A DNA stretch of 64,000 nucleotides from NCBI GenBank assembly GCA_001244265.2, contig CDLV01000007.1, positions 992,001 to 1,056,000 of the forward strand. Reading direction: 5' to 3'. Shown here one piece after another: positions 49,023 through 64,000 of this stretch; position 1 is the stretch's first letter; every line of letters starts with the position of its first letter. Position numbers and translations under genes: made by a program. The notes below the pieces were generated by a model that searched no databases, was not told where the DNA came from, and saw nothing but the letters and a program-made list of their open reading frames with translations. Source of the DNA: Microbotryum violaceum (taxonomy: Eukaryota).

Positions 49023-49859
49023 AAGAGACAATGGTTGTGTTTGAGTCTGTGTAGAGGTCGTTTCTTGGGCATGTGAGATAGGCCTGGATAGACTTGGGTT
49101 TACTCTAGAGCTCGGGAGAGGGGAGGTAATATCTGAATGCCGTGGAGCCGGGTACGATCCGAAAGTTTGCTATCTTCGGTTCAGTACATTTGTATGTGAC
49201 CTCCCTTATACGACTCGAACGCTCGGAGATGACTGTTGTGGGCTGAGCGAGGGCCTAATCACTGCCGTCAGCCGGTGCACCGCCCGCGCGGCTGCCGACG
49301 TCCAGACGCTTTTCCGTCGGATTACGCTGCATTGAATCGGCGAAACAAGCCTCGTCTACATTTAAGAATCGCGACCGGGTCGAGAAACCAATTTCAGCCA
49401 GAACTCCTGAAGAACAGAAAACCATCCTTATGTTCAGCATAATTTCCCGAGCTGGGTGCCGACTGCCGAGCCAAATTCAAATGTTTCACCCCGCCACCAC
49501 GGGCGCGCGCCAGGGAATCTGCAAACTCGGGCGAGGCAGGGCGAGGGCGGTTTTTGGGCCCGGCAGTGGCCGCCACGTCTCCAGTGTCCACCCCCTTTCA
49601 CCCAGACGGCATCTGCTTGCACCGCCCCTGTTCTGCCGCTTACCTAGGACACGAGTTCATACGAGTCTCTTTACCATCACTACTTTCGCTTCAATCCAGC
49701 CGATCGTGCCCCCGCTCTCTCTTGCACAGCGACCTCAACGCGCCCCCCACCTTAGGCCCGGTTGACTTGCCTCCTCGTCACATCCCTGCCTCGCTGCTGG
49801 AGTAGTTCGCACACGCACGCACCCCCACTCCTTGCTCTCCGACCTCCTCAGACAGCGCC

Positions 49860-51399
49860 ATGGCCTCCCCTCCCGAACGCACGAACCCGATATCGCGCTA
49901 CCCCGGCGCTGGTACCAGTGCGCACCCCAGGTCACCACCCCGTTACGGTGGCCCGTCTGGTCCGAGTTCGAGCCCAAGCCACGACGCTCCCGGATTCGCA
50001 GGCGGCGGCGTGGGCGGCGGCTATGGATTGAACAACGCGAGCCCGTCCTTCAACGACTACAGTCAAGCGCGTCGAGGGGCCCAAGGTGGGGACCCCAGTG
50101 CAGCGTATGCAGCACGAAGAGGATCGATTCCGGCGCACATGCAACCCCATATGGGAGGCTACAACCCTCGAGCAGGCCACGGCAGGCGAGCTTCGGTCGT
50201 CGACATCGCCGCCGAGTTCATGGGGCCACAGGCGACCGAACATCTCGAAACGGCCAAGAAGTTCAGCGCCAAGGCCGAAGACTTGATCGATGCCGCGACG
50301 AGGCCCGTACGACCTTGGTTGCCCGGATTGGGTCGGTTCCTCATCGTCGTTACCTTCCTTGAGGATGCGCTCAGGATCCTCACCCAGCTTAGCGGTAAGC
50401 GACGCGGTGACGTGGCTAGCTCGACCAATTTCGGATGAGGGTGATCCCGTCCGTACTGCGCGGACGAGAGCTAACGCTCGAAATACTGTTATCCTGTGTA
50501 CGCAGACCAGAATTACTACCTCCAAGTGAGTGCCCCGCGAAGTCGGCTTGTGGCGTTGGAGTTTCCGGCGCTGACTGGTTCTCTGTTGCGCGCCTGGGTT
50601 AGAAACACCGTGGTTTCCCCTGGGGTATTTCGCACATCTTTCTCCTCACCAACGTTGCTGTGAGTCAACATGAGGGGCTTTCACGATCTCGTGGACTGAC
50701 TTTTTCAAGCTCCTCTTCGCCTTGCCAGATCATGCTAGTCTGCTCCTTCCTGGTCGTCGGCAAGAAGCTCCCCCTTTACGCGAACGGGGGCCTCTTCTGC
50801 GTCGTCCTCGCCCAAGGTTTCGGTTACGGTCTTATTTTTGATCTCAACTTCTTCCTTCGCAACCTGTCCGTCATCGGCGGTCTCCTGATGGTGCTGTCGG
50901 ACTCGCTGTCGCAACGCAAGTCGTCGGTCGTCGGTATTCCCTCGATGGGTTTGAACGACGCCGATCGCAAAAAGTACTGCCAACTCGCGGGCCGCATCCT
51001 ACTCGTGTTCCTCTTCCTCGGCTTCGTCTTCAACGGCCAATTCTCTCTCACGCGTGGGTTCGTCTCCGTCACCGGCCTCGTCGCCTGCGTCATGGTCGCC
51101 GTAGGCTACAAAGCCAAGTTATCCGCCTTGTTCCTCGTCGTCGTTTTATCGACGTTCAATTTCTTCGCCAACAATTGGTGGAGCGTGCATTCGAGTCACC
51201 CGCAGCGCGATTTCCTCAAGTACGATTTCTTCCAGACGCTTTCGATCGTCGGTGGGCTGTTGTTGTTGGTCAACTTGGGGCCGGGTGACTTCTCGGTCGA
51301 CAAGAAGGTGCGTTCTCACGCGTTTTTGGTCTTGGACTTTGACGAGACGGTCTGCTGACGCCCTGGTTCCTCGGCCATGCGCGACCACAGAGGATGTGA
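49860..51399 (+). CDS. ERV29: SURF4/Erv29 ER cargo receptor
   Basis: RPWLPGLGRFLIVVTFLEDALRI, GYGLIFDLNFFLRNLSVIGGLLMVLSDS, LAGRILLVFLFLGF, RDFLKYDFFQTLSIVGGLLLLVNLGPG..VDKK|RM*. Confidence 0.96.
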
Positions 51400-51876
51400 G
51401 CGATCACGCGCGCCGATTCAAGCAGTGGAATCGCAACTTTGAGCCGACACATAGCATTTTCTTCCAATCAATGTACGCGAAGATCTCGTTCTTGCTGTAG
51501 TCTGGACTGTCCTCACACCTCACACAACCCACACCTCGTTGTAAGGATAAGGCGCAGAGCAGAGCTTGCGTTTGGCGGCGTAATTTCTTCCTCCACACCA
51601 ATTCATGATGATAATGATACAGAAAGAGTCTCCTCGTTCGGACGTTCGCAGGAAGTGGGCAAGGAAGAAGAAGAAGAAGAAGCTCATAACGGGGGTCGTG
51701 GTGCGAGGCGCACCACCCTGATTCCATCGGGAGCCCCTCTTGTCCTATTTGCTTGAATGAGGTCAACTTCCGCCTTCTGGCCAACACGATCTCTCACCGC
51801 CTATCGTACAATTACAACAAACAGAAGAAAAGCACTTGCAGAAAACCATGCGAACTGATGAGAGATCAATCGTATC

Positions 51877-53128
51877 CTACGCCCCAGCGGCGGCTTGAGC
51901 CTGCAAGGCCTTCCTCGGGATCCTCTTCCCATTCGCACCCTGCGTGACTTTGTGCTTCCCCGGTTTATTACCCGAACCTGAGGCCGTAGTCAAAGACGCT
52001 TTCGTGCGCTGTGCGACGCCCCCACTCGCTCCCTCCGATGTAGTACCACCCTCCTCCTTCTTCCCCGCCTCAGCTTCCCCCAAACTCCCATTCGAGTCTC
52101 CAAGAGGTGGTATCGATCCGTCCAATCGAATCGGAACGGGAAGCTCTCTCGCCACTCTATCCAACGCGTTGAACAACAAAGGATTAAAAGTTTCGGGAGG
52201 TCGCTTCAACAGATCTTGAACGACTTGTTCGGTTTCGGGTTCCAGTTCGTCGGGACTTGATGCTTCATCCTCCCGTGAACGTTTTTTTTTAGTCTCTTGA
52301 GCTCTCAACACGTCAAGAGGGTTCATATCCGTGGTTGAAGAAGAAGAAGAAGGATCAGTGATCGCAGTTGCCGTGGACCGAATCTTCCATTGTCCGGCGC
52401 CACGTTCGGTTGACCAATTAGGTTGGTTCGCCTTGAGCGCATTGAGTGATGTGGAGAGGGCGTGGAGGGAGGCGAGCTGGGACGATCAGAGAGGAATGAA
52501 TAAGTGTTGGGGGGTGTAGTAACTGAGGGAGTCAAAGTGGAGGACGTACGAGGCGTTCATTGACGACTTGGTATAAGGAGGGGGCCTCGTAGATCGAGTC
52601 GTTGAGGATGTGGTAGGCTGCTATGGTGTGAGCTGATCAAAGAAAGCAGAGACGAAAAGTTCAAGATTTATGAATTCAGACTTGGAGCAAGGTAGGCGGG
52701 CGTTACCTTGAGTGGGTGATTGTCGATCCCTCTTGTGGATGATGAACAACCCCGGAGCATCATCATGTACGACGACGTATTCGATTCCTTTGAACCTCCT
52801 TTCTCGAAAATACACCAAACCGGAAACAAGATCAATAATCTAATCGCCCTACCGCACCCTCGCGATAGACTGACTTCAATTCGCCTTCCTCATCCAAACC
52901 ATCCATCAACCCCCCGGCCGCGTTTCCAGCAGCAGCGCCTCCACCTCCCTGTCGTGAGAACATGATCTGCATCCTCAAGGTGGCGTTGTTACTCCCGTGA
53001 TCGAAGAAGGGGGAGAGGACGAAGTAGTCCATGAGGATCGATTTGGTCAACGGTCCAAAGGCGGTGATCCATTCGGGCGCACGCCATTGGAGGTGGGAGA
53101 GGGGGGGAAGGGCGGAGGTGGGGGACAT
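51877..53128 (-). CDS. MED6: Mediator subunit Med6
   Basis: LSHLQWRAPEWI..MDYFVLSPFFDHGSNNATLRMQ, RFKGIEYVVVH..PGLFIIHKRDRQSP, AYHILNDSIYEAPSLYQVVNERL. Confidence 0.92.
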
Positions 53129-53456
53129 GGGTTAGGAGAGGAAGAGGGGAGAGGATGGTACAGAGCCGCGGCGGGTTCGGGGTCGGATGACAGCACCGAG
53201 GAGGGCGAAAAGCACCCGTCGTCGCGTGTGGGGTGAGGCGAAGCAACAAGCAGCGATCGAGTTTTGGGCCCGACTCGCGGCTCAGCCGGACTAGACAAAC
53301 ATCTTTGAGGCAGTTTGTAGAGGAATGCGTGGTTTTACATGCAGATTGTCGTTATACAAGGTCGACCGTAGTGGCTAAAGTATATGATCGTTTTCACTCC
53401 CAAGTCGACTCCGAGTTCTGTCCCCGTTCCAAACTTGCCCAGTCCTCCACTGCTGC

Positions 53457-54051
53457 TCAACACCCCATGAAATCACTCGCCATCAACCTGCAACAATCAC
53501 ACAAAACGCAATGCGTCCCATCAGTACACCCGGACACGTACTGAAGATTCGGCCCAGCTCTATTTGAAAGAAAAGAAAAGAAAAGAAAAAGAAAAAACCC
53601 CCAAAAAAACGTACAACTCGAGCGCAATCTCGGGCTTGACTCTTTGTTTGAAATCCGGAATTTCCTCCTTTGAACTCGCATACTCGTACTTGTACATCAA
53701 ATACTCGACCACTTTTTCGACAATCTCACTGCGGTGTTCTCCCAAGGTGACGGTCGACGAACCGGCTTCGAGGAAACCGGACGACAACGTGTCGGAGAGA
53801 AAGACGGAGCCTAGCGCGGCTTGGCGGGGCAGTACGAAGCGGAATTCTGCGTGGAGGCGAGTGAAAAGAGACGATAGATTCAGCTTGCTGTGTACCGGAT
53901 GCGGGTTTCAGAGTCGTCTACTTGCGGTCGGAGGAGATGAGGGTGACGTAGGGCGCGTCACCGCTTGCATTCGAATCCGTCTACGCCAAAGGGAGAGCTT
54001 AGCATGCGGTCGAGGCGTAAGCTGGAAGAGCCTGTTTGGACCCACCGCCAT
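53457..54051 (-). CDS. ELC1: Elongin C
   Basis: MA|TDSNASGDAPYVTLISSD|QFRFVLPRQAALGS..FLEAGS..IVEKVVEYLMYKYEY..IPDF..PEIALEL|LMASDFMGC*. Needs a GC-AG intron at 53847-53925. Confidence 0.92.
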
Positions 54052-54214
54052 CCTTGAAGGCAGAACAAGCCACACGCCGGAACACGTCGGAGAGAGACGA
54101 GTAAAGAGACGAAAAAGCGCGACCGACTTGCACTTCAATCGATCGCTCCTAGTGCTAGTGACGGTGATCCTCCTCACATTCTCACCCCTCTTCGGCCTGG
54201 ACGTTCGCACAACC

Positions 54215-55188
54215 ATGTCCAAAGACACCTCCACGTCGACCTCGACCCCGACCTCCACCTCGACACCCAACCCGTCGACCTCTGCAGCAACAGGCACAGC
54301 AGGCACAGCAGGCACGACAAGCTCCACCACCAACTCCGGAGCCGACCCCGCGCCGTCGGCTTCCACGGCCAACAGCATCACCCCTGGCACCACCCATTCG
54401 AATGACCATCTCTCCCCTTCCCAACTACGGTCTCGACTCGAAGCGACGAGGAAAGAGTTGAGGGTCCAATTGGATAAGAAGCGTAAAGTCGATCGAGAAC
54501 TGGTCAGTCAGTCCACCACATCACGAAGCAGCTCCACCACTACCACCACCACCCCACTCTGATCCCCTTTGACGTATCTCTCTCGTTCGGCAGGCCAATC
54601 TAGAAGCCTCCATCTATGGCTTTGAAGGATCATACCTCTCCGACGCCTTGTTATCGAGCACGATCTCGAACGGCGCGAACGGAGCGAACCCCGCCTTGAC
54701 TGGAGCAGCAGGCGTCGGTCAGGCCGCTCATTTCGGTAACATCATCAAAGGCTGTACGTTCTCCATCCCGCTACGACCTCGCTCCTTGATCGCACCGCTG
54801 ATGCGCTTTCCAATCGGTCCTCCCAGACGACGCTTACCTCAAAGCGCCTTCCACCTCCACCTCTTCCGCCTCCGATCGCAAACGCTCCCGAGCCAACGAA
54901 GAACCTCGACCGGGCGATCGCATGTTCTCCATGTCTTCGGCGACCTACCAAAAAGCAGTCGAAATCACTGGGGGTATAGTTGCCGTGCTACCTACCGCAC
55001 CGGGGACGACGACCGGACCGGCGAAGGATGGGACCCGTAAAGGGGGCGTCGATAGTGATGACGATGGCGAGCGGGACACGACCGCTACGCCAGGAAGCGG
55101 ACGTGCAACTGGTACAGGCGCGGGTGGTGGTGGTGGAGGTGGTGGTGGATCAAGCAGTAGTGCTGCGAACCGAAAGAGGAGGAGATGA
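54215..55188 (+). CDS. EAF6: NuA4 histone acetyltransferase subunit Eaf6
   Basis: RKELRVQLDKKRKVDREL|ANLEASIYGFEGSYL..FGNIIKG|YDAYLK..DRMFSMSSATY. Confidence 0.92.
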
Positions 55189-55492
55189 GCCGGTGGGGTA
55201 GGAAGGTGGTCGGTTTTGACCATTTCGTTGCCGGCGTGGTTCGATCCGATCATCTTGGGGGGTTCTGGTCTAACAAGAGTTCTGCGTTGGAGGTCGTCTT
55301 CTCTCATTTGTTGTATTGAATCCAGGAGTACATCTTGACTCGGTTCGCCCGTCGGACGTGATCCGAACCACTATCCTGTCCAAGACGGGACTTTGACGAT
55401 ATTCTCAACATCGAAAACAAGAGGACTGTACACTCTACACACGACAAAACTCAAAAGAGGCGTAGACACAACCTCCTCCGAAAAGTCACCAT

Positions 55493-57827
<2,335 letters not shown>

Positions 57828-58404
57828 TACGACACACAGGAGAATGCCCCAATAAGGTTGGACAAACGAAAGCGGACGATTCGAGGTGTGGGGACGGAGT
57901 AGGAGGTGGTCAAAGAAGGCGCCCAAGCGTTTCGCTATACCCGTTCCCCCAAATCAGTCGACCACCGATCGTCGTCTTGATCAAAATCTCCGGTCTTACT
58001 TTGAGCCTCGATCTCTCTGATCACGTTTCTTCACCGGGGTGAGTTCTACACAGGCCTCACTTCAATCGTAGAACATTAAGGATGATGATTGCGAAGAAGC
58101 CAGAAAAATCGACATCCGATAAGTCCGGAATTTCCGCTCAGACCGATTCTCGTCGGTCAGGGGCTTCTCTTAGACATCTCAGGCGAGCCAGCACACAAGA
58201 GCAGAGATAAAGAAGCGTAATCGCACGCCCCGCGCGAGACGAAGACTTGAAGAATTCGCATTCAACGTCCACGATCCGCCGGAGATCCCACCTCTCATCC
58301 CTTGCCCCCAAGATAAAAAAAGAGCATCGACGCCAGGGTTTTAAGAGGTTGAAAAGGATATTTCCAATCGATTCGATCTACGCGACAGCATGGAAGTTGT
58401 TGGT

Positions 58405-58880
58405 TTAATCGAACAATCCGAAGCCCATATCGTCATCGGACTCCTCCTTCTCCTCCTCCTTGGGCTTCTCGGGCTCGGCGGCGGCAGCGGCAGCGGGAGC
58501 GGCTCCACCGGCGGCGGCGGCGGGAGCGGCGGCTCCTCCACCACCAACGTTCGACAACAAGTCCTTGACGTCCTTGCCCTCGAGGGCCTGTAGGAAGCAC
58601 ATGGCGGGTCAGCGTGAAGTTGTCTTCCTTTGTAGGGATCAAGCGAGAGACCGACCTTGGCGAGAAGGTTGGCCCAGATAGGCTCGACCTCAACCTTGGC
58701 GGCGGTGGTAAGAGCGAGAATCTTCTCAGACTGTGACGATCGATAGGCAAGGATTTACATGTTTAGTGCTTGTACGGTGATTCAGAAACGATGCGAGACG
58801 CGTTGTGAACGCACAGAGATCTCGATACCCTCGTCGGCAAGGATCAAAGCGGCGTATGTGGTAGCGAGTTCGGACGACAT
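58405..58880 (-). CDS. RPP1: 60S acidic ribosomal protein P1
   Basis: [72 protein letters not shown]. Confidence 0.96.
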
Positions 58881-59973
58881 CTAATGGAGGAGCACGAGGA
58901 GGTCAACATCGGATTCTTCACGGTCGATCGTGATTCTTGATTGGTCAGAGACGGTATGCTCGTGTGCGGTCGAGTCGGTCGTGATCGTATTCGTGCTCGC
59001 GTGCGTCGTGGCTGGGCGGCGCGGGGCTTTCGCAGTCGAGTGATGGGCGTCTCGCCATTCGTCGCGGTCACAATGCATACGCCAGCAGCATGCTTCCATC
59101 GACCCAGCCCCATCTTCCAGCTCTAGTACGGTCATATATCCCTCCTACGATCGCATCCAGCCCACCAATCGCCCTACAGGACCATGTTCGCCGTGCTCCT
59201 GCCGCTCGGCGCTCGGCCAGGGCGCATCAGCGGGACGCTTTTTTCTCCCCTTCGCGCCTACGCCTGCGCCCGCCGACCACCACGCCTGCCCAGCGCCTAC
59301 CCAACGTCATTCTCACTGCAACCACATCGTCCGTGCCGAGTAGGAGGGTGTGTCGTTGTCGTCCGATCGATGATGATGTCGTGATGAGGAAGGTTGTTCG
59401 CGTTGACTCACTTTTGGAACTTGGCGGATTAAGCAAGCAAAGTGCAGCGCAAGGTCTTGGCCAGGAAACGAAGAGGCCCCTTGGTCGGCGCAGCGCTTTG
59501 TGGTCCACGCGCGCGCTAGCCGCTTTTTGGGGGGGCGGGTTTGGACGGATCTTTCTCGAGGGTTAATAGACTTTTGTTGTTGCTTTGAAGGGTCGTATTG
59601 GCCAGTTTCGTTCGTTCTCCAAACAAGTCACACAGGAGAACACAAAGGGAAGGGAAGAGGAGAAACAGCGCGTGAGAAGGGAAAAGTGAAAAGAAGAGGA
59701 AAGAGGGAGAGTAGTGACATGGGGTTAGAAGGAGAGAACAAAGAATCATCACCAGGGTCATCACGCTGGGAGAAGGACTAGGGCGCATACGAGTACGAGG
59801 GTGGAATGGTTAAAATGTAGTAATGAGCACAAGCCATAGAACCATAGAGACACGTCATGGTAAAGAGAAGAAGCACCAATTAAACGACCAGCGAGCATGA
59901 TGCGTTGCAATGCAAGAGACGAGAGTCCGCGTCTGGTGTCCAGTTCGTTCTTGCGATCGTTCCTCATCCTACG

Positions 59974-62900
59974 TTATTGCCTCGGCAGCCGCGACCCGAT
60001 CAGAGGTGCATCGTCCAACGGTTTATGTGATGCCAATTCCTTCAAGATGGACGCATCGACGGGAATGACCGACTTCCGTCGCACGTGCGGCGCCTGCGGT
60101 CCATTCGAGCCGGGAAGTTGCTTTCGCGCCGTTTCGGGGAAAGCATTCGGCTGTAATGGGGGATGCGCAGCCAAGATCAGTTTCTCAGATCAGTCAATGC
60201 ATCATTCCAAACAGGAGCTTGAGACGCGCGCAACCACTAACCAAATCACCGTGCCCATCATCACTTTCCATCGCATCCTCGCCTTGATACAGTCTCCCGG
60301 ATGACCGATCCGCATCATCATTGTACCCACCACCCCCGGACCGCATTGACATCTGCGGCCCATCGTCCTCCATATCCCCGAACGATCCATCCCCTTCGTC
60401 CTCGAGGTCTTGCATCGGGTTGTACGTCCCTTGCGGCACCAAGTCGTCCGAAAGAAGCGACGCCGGTAGAGGCGTTGTGTCGTTCTTGTTCTTGAGCGCA
60501 TCGTCTCGCAACATCTGCCATTTTTGTTCGCGCACCTTTTGTCGCGCCTTTTCACTGTAGAAAGATGGGGCCACGATAGAGTTCAAGAGGTCAGGAATCA
60601 GCGGGTACATGGGTTAGACGAGTCGTCCACTCACGCTTGCCGCGACTTTTTGTATTCGGCCGAGCATTGCTCAAACACGTCGGCGTTGATCTCCATCAGT
60701 AGCTTGAGAGCGTTATAAGCGAGGTTATGAATTTGCCTGCGGGCGTACACGGAGAGAGCAGGCGGTTCAGTGACTACGTGAGTGGCGCAGACCCCAGATC
60801 CTCCGGTTCCACGCTCACCTGTTCCAGTGCCCATTCGAATTCGTATATAGCGACGTGAACACCAGCGGCAATATTGTTTGGATGTTCGCGCCGATCAAGT
60901 TGACGATGTACTCGTTGTTCCAATAATACAAGGCGCGTTCGGCGACCTGGAAGTGTTGGGAGCTGAGGCACCGCGATAGCTGCGAGAAGAGCTTGACCAT
61001 GATTCTGTGGAACTCGATCGGTTCGATCACGTCAAGGATCTCCTCCACCTCGTTGAGGAACATGACCTCCTTGGGCGAGTTGACCTTGGGCCAGTATTTG
61101 AGCAAGCCTTCGACGACCTCCTGGGTCAGGCTCGAATCCTTCTCGAGGAACTGGACAACGCAGTACGCCAGCTGAGGGTGGTACAAAGCCAATCCTTTAA
61201 CCTTGTGCAGAGGGATCAGCACACGCGTCAAGAACGTTTTGTGCTCCTCCTTGAGCGGTAGAGCGAAGCCGTTGATGATGGACCCAAGGATCTCGAGCAG
61301 CTCCGCAATCCCGTTGTGTCGCTCGGTTTCGAAGATGAATTGGAAGAAGACGTTGTTGATCGAGCGACGGATGAAGGCGCGTAGGTTGAGGAATTTGCCA
61401 TAGATGCGATGCAGTGTCGTTTTGAGGAAGTCACGCTCGCGCGGGTCCTCGCTGTCGAAAAGTTCGAGAAGCTAGGATCATGCAGGGGTGTGAATGTCAG
61501 CAAGCACACTCGCGAGTGTTCTCCTCCTCGTTCCCTCTAACTGACCTGGAGAACGAACTGTTGATCAATGAAGCGTTTCGCAATGTTGGTGTTGAAGTCG
61601 GGGCTTTCGACGAAGCGCAAGAAGAATTCGTAGACGATTTGCAAGTGGGGCCATGCGAGTTCGAGCACGGGTTCGTCCTCCTCGGGGTCGTAGGCGTCCC
61701 CGGTTGGATTCACGGGTGGGGGAATCGATCGGAACAAGTTCGATGCGAACTATGTATTGAGAAGCGGGGGTCAGTCCAGTGATCAAGCAGAGCAAATACT
61801 AGCCCATGCGCGGTTCAACTGACCATCGCCACGACCTCAGGATAAACCGATTCGGTGATGACACCCCTTTGCGACGAGATCCAATCGAGCATCTCGGACA
61901 GGGTCGCCGACTTGATCTGCTTGCCCTCAATCTCGGTCGAGGCATCGTTGAAGTCAAATACGACCGAGCACTGGTGTAGCTTTTGCAAAAACAGATCGTG
62001 CCGTTCCGACGGCGGGACCTCTGGGTGGGTACATGGACGAGTGGGGAAATAGGGTCAGAGAGGTGGTTATCGAATCGCGACTCGTCATAGAAAGGGCGAA
62101 CTGACGCATGAACCCTGGCAGCCGCTCCAACTCGATCCTCTCTGTGACATGGAACCTCGAGCTGCGTTGCTTCCTCGGCGTCTTTGATGTCGGGATCGTA
62201 TCCTTGGGTCCTGCAGCCGCGGCGGGGCGCAACTTGCCTGCGCCCGCGAGCAACCCCGCCGATCCGGCCTTGGGCGGTGTTCCGGCAGGAGACAAGCCCG
62301 TAAGCGGGGGTGCACCCGGTGGAGGCGGCGACGAAGACGATCCTGGTCCGCCAACGGTGGCGAAGGGTGCACCGGCCATGGGTGCGCCTGCGCGATTCGG
62401 GGAGATGGGGTGGTGGGGTTGACTAGAAGGGTGAGGCATCGGGTCCTGCGGCATCACGGCCTATGTGCCCATGTGGAGACGGAGTCAGTGTGCTTGCTGG
62501 TGGTAGAATCTCGAGAGCATGATGGCCAATATGACACACAGCACAAGCCTGTGCCAGAGCAATAGGCATGACGATGCCTGTCACAGGTCGGAGTGACCGC
62601 GACACCGACGACAAGGAACACGCGCGCGTCCGGCCTCGATTGGTGGTGGTCGATGGAGGCCTTCGACGGCCGGGGGACGCCGGTACGACCAGCGAGACAG
62701 CGCGATCCGAGGGCACCGATCCAGGTCCCGAATGCAACACGACCGGAAGCAGGCCGACTTACGTGCTCAGGAGAAACTACGATTGAAGGTGCGGACGGGC
62801 CACCTTTGTGGGACGGCGCACCGCCCGAGAAGGTCGATGCACCGGCGCTGCCGCGACTGGAACCGCCGCCGGGAGCAGCGGCAGGGGCGTGTTGGGCTCC

Positions 62901-63408
62901 TTGAGGCGGAGGCGCGCCCTTGCCGGACTGGGCTGAGGTCGAACTGGGACCTGATTTGCCGTTGGACGAGGAAGATGAGTTGGCGTCTTTGGAGTTGCGG
63001 TTCAACTGTGGGTTGTATGTAGGCGAGCGTTGCCGGCACGCGGAAGAGGAGGGGGAGCCGCCGAGCGAGATGGGGATGGCGGTGGTGGTGGTGGTGATCG
63101 TGTACGCGGGTTGATCGACGACGACGAGGCCAGACCGCGAGACGAGCCGTATCCGAAGAGGCCGGGGTGGGATAAGGGCAGAGGTGTGAGAGAGAGGAAG
63201 AAGTTCGTCAGCATCGTCCATCTACCAGAACCACCCAGCTCGCACGCCTCGCAGTCGGATCGCCGACGATGTGCGATCGCACAAGGGCCCGCCTCGGGAC
63301 CGGTGAGGGAGACCGGGGGGACAACGGCGTGGAGGGGCCGTCGAGTGGAGCGTGAACGCAGGCGAGGCAGTGGGAGTGACTGACCAGTCGTTTCTGAATG
63401 CTCTTCAT
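59974..63408 (-). CDS. RTS1: Protein phosphatase 2A regulatory subunit B' (B56)
   Basis: MKSIQKRL first exon, [123 protein letters not shown]. Confidence 0.97.
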
Positions 63409-64000
63409 CTCGACGATAGACCAGAACGACAGCCTCGGGAATCTAGTGGGACAGAGTACAAGGTCAGGTCGTCCAGCGGGTCCGAGCGAACGCGGGTAAC
63501 GGTGATGGGGTCGCGTCAACCCGGCCCCCCCGTCCAGCTTCGATGGCGCATCCCCCAGAAGCGCTCACTCTCAGATCGGCAGGTCCGTTAACCCAGCCAA
63601 ATGAGCTGCCCCGCGCGGGTGAGTTAAGGTAGCTTTTTTGTTTTTTGGCCCGGTTGGAGGTTGGTACAGGTCGGGTGCACCAATGCCCTCCCCACCCCAT
63701 CCCACCCCGGCGCAGTGCACCTCAAATGGTCATAAGTAATAAGGGGCCACTAGTTCGTGTAAGACTCACCATCATCACGAATAACACTTTCCGAAGACTC
63801 CGTCGCAAGTTCGAATTATGTCATAAATGTCATACAGCTTGTCGTACTCAGTCCATTCAATTCGTGTAGTTCCGTATACCATCAACTGATATGTGCACGA
63901 CAGATCCTGTGTAGACCTTTTCCCATATTCGTTAATTTGGATACGACGGAGGGAGTACATACACACCGCGTCTATTGGGCCCGAGGGAGGGATCGGTCGT

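Noticed and set aside
53564-54562. 332-aa ORF as one gene
   Set aside because: The 5' part is antisense to Elongin C. Only the part from ATG 54215 is EAF6 exon 1.
59368-59530. Possible box C/D snoRNA or SRP-like RNA upstream of RPP1
   Set aside because: Box C-like TGATGA is present but there is no box D (CTGA) at a suitable distance and no SRP helix-8 consensus. It is unsupported without a covariance-model search.

Overview
Eukaryotic, intron-rich, gene-dense genomic DNA. It is very probably from a basidiomycete fungus; Pucciniomycotina/Microbotryomycetes is an inference from gene content and intron style. About 24 spliced protein-coding genes can be reconstructed: an enoyl-CoA hydratase, a Bre4/ArAE-like membrane protein, an Artemis/SNM1 nuclease, IES2, BCKDH E1-beta, RPC31, a histidine phosphatase, AP-1 mu, a CAP64-like SGNH protein, MSH2, ABZ2, a DUF6534-like membrane protein, ERV29, MED6, Elongin C, EAF6, alanine aminotransferase, RPP1, PP2A-B56/RTS1 and several hypotheticals. 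Two non-routine features stand out. (1) A 2.7-kb element at 31000-33715 is bounded by 35-bp terminal inverted repeats (34/35 identical). It carries, convergently, a truncated DUF6589-like putative transposase and a truncated, stop-interrupted RecQ-like helicase, and sits about 160 bp upstream of RPC31. (2) A spliced gene at 13165-16580 encodes two tandem units resembling tyrosine-recombinase N-terminal (core-binding) domains plus AT-hook motifs, with no visible catalytic domain. At least three conserved genes need GC-AG introns, all with the donor GCAAGT. Exon boundaries and family names were assigned by eye, without database searches.
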